NCBI GenBank assembly: GCA_963817895.1
Contig: CAWFQB010000002.1
Location: forward strand, 288,001-352,000
DNA length: 64,000 bases
Direction of reading: 5' to 3'
From: an uncultured Chthonomonadaceae bacterium
GTDB lineage: Bacteria > Armatimonadota > Chthonomonadetes > Chthonomonadales > Chthonomonadaceae
A program made the translations under genes and the position numbers. The notes under the pieces are model-generated. The model did not search any database and was not told the origin of the DNA. It saw only the letters and a program-made list of their open reading frames with translations. Within the stretch, counting starts at the first letter, position 1. The number at the start of each line of letters is the position of its first letter. Of the stretch, positions 58,249 through 64,000 are shown piece after piece.

Positions 58249-59586
58249 ATGACTACGCTTACCATACCGTACAGCATTGACGCATACCGAGAGGATTTTG
58301 AACGCGCCCTACAGGATGCGGCCGGAAACATCCCCGGTTGGCTACGACAACATCGGCAAACCGCATTCCGCCGATTCGCCGAGTTGGGCTACCCCACGCG
58401 CCGCGATGAAGAGTGGCGCGTAACGGACGTTCGCCCGATTGCCGACACGGTTTTTGCTGTACCCGAATACGCGCAGGGAAATGTCACGCCGGAACAGATC
58501 GGCGAACTGTTCTTTCCCACGTTTCAGGCCAACCGGCTTGTGTTTGTCAACGGACGCTATTCCGCCGAACTGTCGCATACGCGAGAATTGCCCGCTGGCG
58601 TTCGCATCGGCAGACTGCGCGACTTGGCGCAGAATGATCCGACCGGGTACGAGTCGGCACTTCAGTATCGCCAGAATAACAGCAAAACAGCGTTTACTTC
58701 GCTGAACTTCGCCTTTTTTGAGGATGGCGCGTATATTCATATTCCGCGCAATGTGGTTGTAACCGACCCGATTATGCTGATTTATGTGTCCAATTCGGCT
58801 GCAACGCCAACAGCCTCGCATCCGCTGACGTTCATCCACGCGGAGGAGAATAGCCACGCGACCGTTATTGAAACGTATATTGGCGTTGGCGCGGATATGT
58901 ATTTTACCAACGCGGTCACGGAAGTATCCGTTAGGGAAAACGCCGTTCTCGACCATATCAAAATCACGCAGGAGAAACCGGGCGCGTATCACGTTGCTAC
59001 AACGGAAATCGCACTGGCGCGGGGCGCGAACTTTACTTCGCACAATATCACGCTTGGCGGGCAGATCGTTCGCAACGATTTCAACGCGGGATTAAACGGT
59101 GAGGGCATCGAGTGTACGCTGAATGGGGTTTATGTCGCCAGAGACAAGCAGTTAGTGGACAACCACACGTCTATTGACCACGCTATGCCGCACTGCAACA
59201 GCCATGAACTGTACAAAGGCATTTTGGACGGGCGGGCGCGGGGCGTGTTCAACGGCAAAATTTTCGTCCGCGAAGACGCGCAAAAGACGGACGCGAAGCA
59301 GACGAACCAAACCCTGTTGCTTTCCAATGACGCCACCATCAACACCAAGCCGCAGTTGGAAATCTATGCCGATGATGTGCGCTGTACGCACGGCGCGACG
59401 GTCGGGCAACTGAATCAGGACGCGCTCTTTTATCTGCGCACACGCGGAATCGGCAAGGACGAAGCTCGTGCCATGCTCACCTTCGCCTTTGCCAACGACG
59501 TTGTGAGCCGCATCAAACTGGGACCGGTTCGCATGATGCTGGAACATCTGCTGCTGACGCAGTTACGCAATTTGGAAACCGTTTAG
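58249..59586 (+). CDS. sufD: Fe-S cluster assembly protein SufD
   Basis: EEWR, FVNG, FNGKIFV, AQKTDAKQ, KPQLEIYADDVRCTHGATVG, FYLRTRGI. Confidence 0.95.
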   Translation: MTTLTIPYSIDAYREDFERALQDAAGNIPGWLRQHRQTAFRRFAELGYPTRRDEEWRVTDVRPIADTVFAVPEYAQGNVTPEQIGELFFPTFQANRLVFVNGRYSAELSHTRELPAGVRIGRLRDLAQNDPTGYESALQYRQNNSKTAFTSLNFAFFEDGAYIHIPRNVVVTDPIMLIYVSNSAATPTASHPLTFIHAEENSHATVIETYIGVGADMYFTNAVTEVSVRENAVLDHIKITQEKPGAYHVATTEIALARGANFTSHNITLGGQIVRNDFNAGLNGEGIECTLNGVYVARDKQLVDNHTSIDHAMPHCNSHELYKGILDGRARGVFNGKIFVREDAQKTDAKQTNQTLLLSNDATINTKPQLEIYADDVRCTHGATVGQLNQDALFYLRTRGIGKDEARAMLTFAFANDVVSRIKLGPVRMMLEHLLLTQLRNLETV

Positions 59587-59657
59587 CCACGCATACATGC
59601 GGATGTTTAGCCGCGAATGAACGCGAATGAACGCGAATAGGAATGAGGATACAGGCT

Positions 59658-60929
59658 ATGACAATCACGATGGACAGGCCTATCGAAGCATTGCAAAATA
59701 CCGCCACGAGGCCGTATGATGTGCAGGCGGTACGGGAGGATTTTCCCATTCTGAACGAGCGCGTTCACGGCAAGCCACTGGTGTATCTGGACAATGCCGC
59801 CACTACGCACAAGCCGCAAATGGTGCTGGACGCGCTGAACCACTACTACGAGCATGACAACGCCAACATTCACAGGGGCGTTCATCTGCTCAGTGAGCGG
59901 GCCACTCACGCTTACGAGCAGGCGCGGGTGAAGGTTCAGAAGTTTCTCAATGCGGCAAAATCCAGTGAGATAATCTACGTTCGTAATGCTACTGAGGGCA
60001 TCAATCTTGTGGCGCAAACGTATGGGCGCAGGAACATCGGCGAGGGCGACGAGATTATCATATCCGCGATGGAGCATCACTGCAACATCGTTCCCTGGCA
60101 GATGCTGTGCGAGGAAAAGAGTGCGCTCCTGCGCGTAATTCCGATGAACGACGCGGGCGAACTGATCTTAGAAGAGTACGAAAAGTTGATTACGCCGCGT
60201 ACCAAGTTCGTATCCATCGTTCACATGTCCAACGCGCTTGGTACAATCAATCCTGTCCGGCAGATGATTGAAACCGCCCACGCGCATGGTATCCCCGTTC
60301 TGGTGGACGCGGCGCAATCGGCGTACCATATTCCAATTGACGTGCAGGCGTTGGATTGCGAGTTTCTCGTCTTTTCCGGGCATAAACTGTACGGCCCGAC
60401 CGGAATCGGCGTCCTCTACGGCAAGGAAGAATTTCTCAACGCTATGCCCCCCTGGATGGGCGGCGGCGACATGATCCGCTCCGTCACCTTTGAGAAAACC
60501 ACGTACAACGCCCTGCCCTACAAGTTCGAGGCGGGTACGCCGCATATCGCGGGCGGCATCGGATTGGGCGCGGCCATAGATTACCTGAACGAATTGGGCA
60601 TGGACAGGCTTGCCGTTCACGAGCATGAACTGCTGGAATACGGCACGGACGCGCTGCAAACGGTTCCCGGCCTGACCTTGATTGGAACCGCGAAGGAGAA
60701 GGCAAGCGTATTCTCCTTTATACTGGACGGCGTTCACCCGCACGATATGGGAACCATTCTGGATCAGGAGGGTATTGCGGTTCGGACGGGACACCATTGC
60801 GCCCAACCCGTGATGCAGCGGTATTCCATTCCCGCCACCGCCCGCGCATCCCTGGCGTGTTACAATACCAAAGAGGAAATTGACGTTCTGGTACGCGGCC
60901 TGCATCGCGTCGCGGAGGTAATGGGCTGA
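59658..60929 (+). CDS. sufS: Cysteine desulfurase SufS
   Basis: YLDNAATTHKP, NIHRG, FSGHK, FEAGTP, RTGHHCAQP. Confidence 0.95.
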   Translation: MTITMDRPIEALQNTATRPYDVQAVREDFPILNERVHGKPLVYLDNAATTHKPQMVLDALNHYYEHDNANIHRGVHLLSERATHAYEQARVKVQKFLNAAKSSEIIYVRNATEGINLVAQTYGRRNIGEGDEIIISAMEHHCNIVPWQMLCEEKSALLRVIPMNDAGELILEEYEKLITPRTKFVSIVHMSNALGTINPVRQMIETAHAHGIPVLVDAAQSAYHIPIDVQALDCEFLVFSGHKLYGPTGIGVLYGKEEFLNAMPPWMGGGDMIRSVTFEKTTYNALPYKFEAGTPHIAGGIGLGAAIDYLNELGMDRLAVHEHELLEYGTDALQTVPGLTLIGTAKEKASVFSFILDGVHPHDMGTILDQEGIAVRTGHHCAQPVMQRYSIPATARASLACYNTKEEIDVLVRGLHRVAEVMG

Positions 60930-61384
60930 TGTCGGAACTGCGCGATTTGTATCAGGAAGTGATTTTGGATCACAACAAGAAGCCACGCAACTTCGGCGCG
61001 CTGCCCGAAGCCAACCGCCACGCGGACGGCCACAACCCCTTATGCGGCGATCAGATTTCCGTATCGCTGAAATTGAACGGCGACACCATTGAAGACATAC
61101 GCTTTGAGGGTCAGGGCTGCGCCATTTCCAAAGCGTCCGCGTCCATGATGACGGCAGAACTGAAAGGCAAAACCCTTGCGGAAGCCGAAAGTATCTTTGG
61201 CACGTTTCACGAAATGGTTGCCGGCCCGCAAGAGTTGGAAGAAGAGGAAATCGAAGCGCTGGGTAAACTGGCGGTATTCTCCGGCGTCCGCGAGTACCCT
61301 GCCCGCGTGAAATGCGCCAGCCTCGCCTGGCACACCCTTCACGCCGCGCTGGAAAATGAAGAAATGCCGGTGACGACAGAGTAG
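60929..61384 (+). CDS. sufU: SUF system NifU-family scaffold/sulfur acceptor SufU
   Basis: LYQEVILDH, NPLCGD, GCAIS, RVKCASL. Confidence 0.93.
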   Translation: MSELRDLYQEVILDHNKKPRNFGALPEANRHADGHNPLCGDQISVSLKLNGDTIEDIRFEGQGCAISKASASMMTAELKGKTLAEAESIFGTFHEMVAGPQELEEEEIEALGKLAVFSGVREYPARVKCASLAWHTLHAALENEEMPVTTE

Positions 61385-61498
61385 GTGTTCAGGTGTTCGG
61401 GTATTCAGGACAATGCGAAAGTACCACGCTTGCCTTCGCGCGATAGGGCGTACAATTTAGTTCCTGAACACCTGAATACCTGAACACCTGAACACCTG
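61383..61498. repeat. (GGTGTTCA)n...(TGAACACC)n inverted tandem-repeat element inside the suf operon
   Basis: aggtgttcaggtgttcgggtattcagg...cctgaacacctgaatacctgaacacctgaacacc between the sufU stop and the next RBS. Confidence 0.8.
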
Positions 61499-61507
61499 GA
61501 GTGCAAC

Positions 61508-61834
61508 ATGCAACTATCCCCCATTGAAAAAACCGTATTGGAAGGCGAGATTATTGAGGCGATTCGGACGGTCTACGACCCCGAAATTCCCGTCAATGTG
61601 TACGACCTCGGCCTGATTTATAACATTGACATCAGCGCGGACGCCGATGTTCATATTCAAATGACGCTGACATCGCCGGGCTGTCCGGTGGCGGGTACGT
61701 TGCCGCCCGAAGTGGAAGAAAAGGCGGAAAGCGTCCCCGGCGTTCGCGAAGCCAGCGTGGAAATCGTATGGGAACCGCAGTGGACAATGGACAGGATGAC
61801 CGACGAAGCGAAACTGGATTTGGGACTGTTTTAG
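61508..61834 (+). CDS. sufT: DUF59 (SufT/PaaD-like) Fe-S assembly protein
   Basis: VYDPEIPVNVYDLGLIY, MTLTSPGCP, WEPQW. Confidence 0.88.
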   Translation: MQLSPIEKTVLEGEIIEAIRTVYDPEIPVNVYDLGLIYNIDISADADVHIQMTLTSPGCPVAGTLPPEVEEKAESVPGVREASVEIVWEPQWTMDRMTDEAKLDLGLF

Positions 61835-61843
61835 GAGACGAAC

Positions 61844-62212
61844 ATGAGCGACACATTGGAAGCGGTGAATGAAACGGCGGCGGTGCTGACGCTGACGCCG
61901 AACGCGGTGCGACAGGTGAAGTTTCTGATTCACAAGCAGGGCAATCCGAACCTCGGTCTACGGGTGGGCGTGAAGGGCGGCGGCTGTTCCGGCCTTTCTT
62001 ACACCATGACGCTGGACGCGAACACGACTGATCGCGACCTTGTCACGGAAATAGACGGCATCAACGTCATTGTAGATCGCCGCGCCGTGAAATTTCTGGA
62101 AGGCACAATGCTGGATTACTCTACCAAAAATCTGCTGGAAGGCGGCTGGCTGTGGAGCAACCCGAACGCGCAACGCAGTTGCGGGTGTGGCACGTCCTTC
62201 ACGCCGAAGTAG
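61844..62212 (+). CDS. A-type Fe-S carrier (IscA/SufA/ErpA family)
   Basis: GVKGGGCSGLSY, NPNA..SCGCGTSF. Confidence 0.93.
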   Translation: MSDTLEAVNETAAVLTLTPNAVRQVKFLIHKQGNPNLGLRVGVKGGGCSGLSYTMTLDANTTDRDLVTEIDGINVIVDRRAVKFLEGTMLDYSTKNLLEGGWLWSNPNAQRSCGCGTSFTPK

Positions 62213-62233
62213 TTTCTAACTATAACGGGCAAT

Positions 62234-62497
62234 CTAATCGTAAGGCCTGCCCACTGAAATTACTTCTCCTCCACACCGACCAATCTTTTCAGAAGTCGCG
62301 ATGCAAACTCCTTTCGGGAGTACCTCCCAACCATGGCGCAAGAATACGTTCTTCCTACACGAGGGGCAAAATCGTACGTCTGGAAGTGAGGTGCGCCTGA
62401 GCGCATCCCATTCTTTAGGACATCTGAACTTGAAAAGACGACCACATCTTTTTACAGTCGCAGGTTTCTGTTCTGTGTGAATCTTATCCATGTGCAT
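62234..62497 (-). CDS. Small Cys-rich hypothetical protein
   Basis: FKFRCPKEWDAL...RFCPSCRKNV...CIA. Confidence 0.55.
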   Translation of the reverse strand: MHMDKIHTEQKPATVKRCGRLFKFRCPKEWDALRRTSLPDVRFCPSCRKNVFLRHGWEVLPKGVCIATSEKIGRCGGEVISVGRPYD

Positions 62498-62572
62498 CTC
62501 TTTGATTGCGTAACCGTCAGACCTACGTAAAAACGTATGTCTGACGGTTTTAACATGAGACAGCTCTATGGT

Positions 62573-63238
62573 TTATAATGAGAACGATCCATAGAAAGCG
62601 GTGTTCTGGTCTCTCTTTTCCCATGCGGAGCCAAGCGTTTTGTCAGCAATACCGCTGGTACGAGTGAATCCGACGCGACGGTCTTTCAGTTCCACGAGGG
62701 GCTTGTACCAGACGAGATGCGGCAGGGTGCAGCACTCGCGGTTCGTCATGGCTTCCACATTCAGGGTTGTCACGCCCTTTGCTTCTACGGCAAACGCTTC
62801 GTTCTTATGCGTGAACGTAATCGGAACGCGCTTCACTTCCACCACTTTGCCCAACGAACCCGCGTATTTCGTTTTCAGCGCGTCCGTGATGGCTTCCGCC
62901 TGCGCCGCAGTCGCGCTTGCGTCAACGTACAGAATGGAACGCCGCTCGGCCTGCTCGTCAATCAGGTTGGCCTCGCTGACGACGGACGCCACCGCCGACA
63001 GGCCCTTCAGGGATACACCGTTCCAGACGCCTTCGCGGATGTGCCACACCATTTCGGCTTCGCGCCCGGTCGTGGTCAGTTCGCCGTTGTAATGACACGC
63101 GCCCGCAAACACGCTGGCCGTCCGCGCTTCCACGTAATCGCCTGCAATATGGTTCGCTACGCTTTTGCCAATCGGTGTCGCCACACTCGCCATGCCGGAC
63201 ATGCACAGCAGGGACATAGATAATAGAAGTTGCCGCAT
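62573..63238 (-). CDS. Secreted DUF1326-like protein
   Basis: Signal peptide; GDYVEARTASVFAGACHYNGE, WHIREG, WYKPL. Confidence 0.7.
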   Translation of the reverse strand: MRQLLLSMSLLCMSGMASVATPIGKSVANHIAGDYVEARTASVFAGACHYNGELTTTGREAEMVWHIREGVWNGVSLKGLSAVASVVSEANLIDEQAERRSILYVDASATAAQAEAITDALKTKYAGSLGKVVEVKRVPITFTHKNEAFAVEAKGVTTLNVEAMTNRECCTLPHLVWYKPLVELKDRRVGFTRTSGIADKTLGSAWEKRDQNTAFYGSFSL

Positions 63239-63357
63239 AAGTTCTTTCTCCTGATCGCAGAAGGTCATTGCACTTTCCCTATTATATCATGTTCACGCCC
63301 TATCTGCGCGTTTCTGTCTCCCGTTTCTCATGCTATCACCGTCCCACATGAAAACGC

Positions 63358-63407
63358 CTCCCCTCTCCTAGCGCGTTGCGCGGCAAGGAGAGGGGCCGGG
63401 GGTGAGG
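63358..63407. repeat. CCCTCTCC REP-like hairpin, copy 4
   Basis: ctccctctcctagcgcgttgcgcggcaaggagaggggccgggggtgagg. Confidence 0.6.
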
Positions 63408-63421
63408 TTCGTTCGACAGGG

Positions 63422-63715
63422 CTACTCCGCAAACAATGACTTGTAACACGGACGATCCGGCTTGCAGTCGCTGGCGTGGGCGCGTTCGCCATCCGGCCCA
63501 ATGGCCTGCATGGTTCGGTTGCACCAGCAATGGTTGGTCACGTCCAGCAGATGCTGCTCTTCCGTCGGCATCTCCTGCAAAAAGTAATACTTCTTGCTGC
63601 GCAGTTCCCGGCAGAACGGACTCGTAACCGCTTCTTCCTGTCCCGTCGTCGTTTCGGCGGTTTCATGTTCCCCCGAAACCGCCGTTCGCTCAATCATTTC
63701 CATCAAGTTCGCCAT
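63422..63715 (-). CDS. Small Cys-containing hypothetical protein
   Basis: CRELRSK...CWCNRT...GPDG...C...R.CY; follows a molybdenum hydroxylase subunit gene. Confidence 0.65.
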   Translation of the reverse strand: MANLMEMIERTAVSGEHETAETTTGQEEAVTSPFCRELRSKKYYFLQEMPTEEQHLLDVTNHCWCNRTMQAIGPDGERAHASDCKPDRPCYKSLFAE

Positions 63716-63815
63716 GTGTGTATTGCCTTCAACATTCGCGTGTATTCGCGTTCATTCGCGGCTAACTCTTCCCGCATCCTTTTCGCGTCATTTTGCGCTT
63801 TTCGCGGTTCCCGTC

Positions 63816-64000
63816 CTACGCAACCGCCTGTTGAATGGCGCGGCGCACAAGGGTTTTGGTCAGCGGCACTTTGTAGCCATTCTGTTCTAAGGGAACCGCG
63901 CCGTCAAGCGCGGCTTCCGCGACGGCGTGAAGCGTTTCTTTTGTAACCGTTTTGCCTTTGAGCAGGGCTTCGGCTTTGGGAACGCGCCACGGAATGGGAG
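63816..64000 (-). CDS. 3' end of a xanthine dehydrogenase-family FAD-binding subunit
   Basis: Manual translation: PIPWRVPKAEALLKGK...AVPLEQNGYKVPLTKTLVRRAIQQAVA*. Confidence 0.8.
   Translation of the reverse strand, partial: PIPWRVPKAEALLKGKTVTKETLHAVAEAALDGAVPLEQNGYKVPLTKTLVRRAIQQAVA

Overview
64 kb of GC-rich bacterial chromosome, probably Armatimonadota. This assignment is an inference from a '[30 protein letters not shown]' prepilin-type protein, a PEP-CTERM protein and hpnJ. The housekeeping and metabolic content includes xylB, a gluconokinase-like FGGY kinase, transaldolase, an IDH/IPMDH-family dehydrogenase, hpnJ, RecQ, bacterial Pnkp and a complete Rrf2-sufB-C-D-S-U-T-A cluster. Accessory content includes an orphan CRISPR array (8 repeats, 7 spacers, no cas genes in the window), an ABC-ATPase + TOPRIM-like gene pair upstream of a pnkp that lacks hen1, and a HEPN two-gene module inserted between sufB and sufC. 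There is also a lambda-like XRE/ImmA-type switch facing a sigma-factor gene, a cassette graveyard downstream of hpnJ containing a 91-bp synonymously diverged copy of part of the hpnJ 3' region, and a low-GC HEPN/DUF4238 island. Several families of short-tandem-repeat palindromes fill intergenic gaps, and the same repeat units occur as in-frame linker insertions in Pnkp and RecQ. About a dozen 1-2 bp frameshifts in conserved genes, including sufB, suggest uncorrected assembly indels, so most split ORFs should be read as intact genes. All family assignments come from motif recognition by eye, not database searches.
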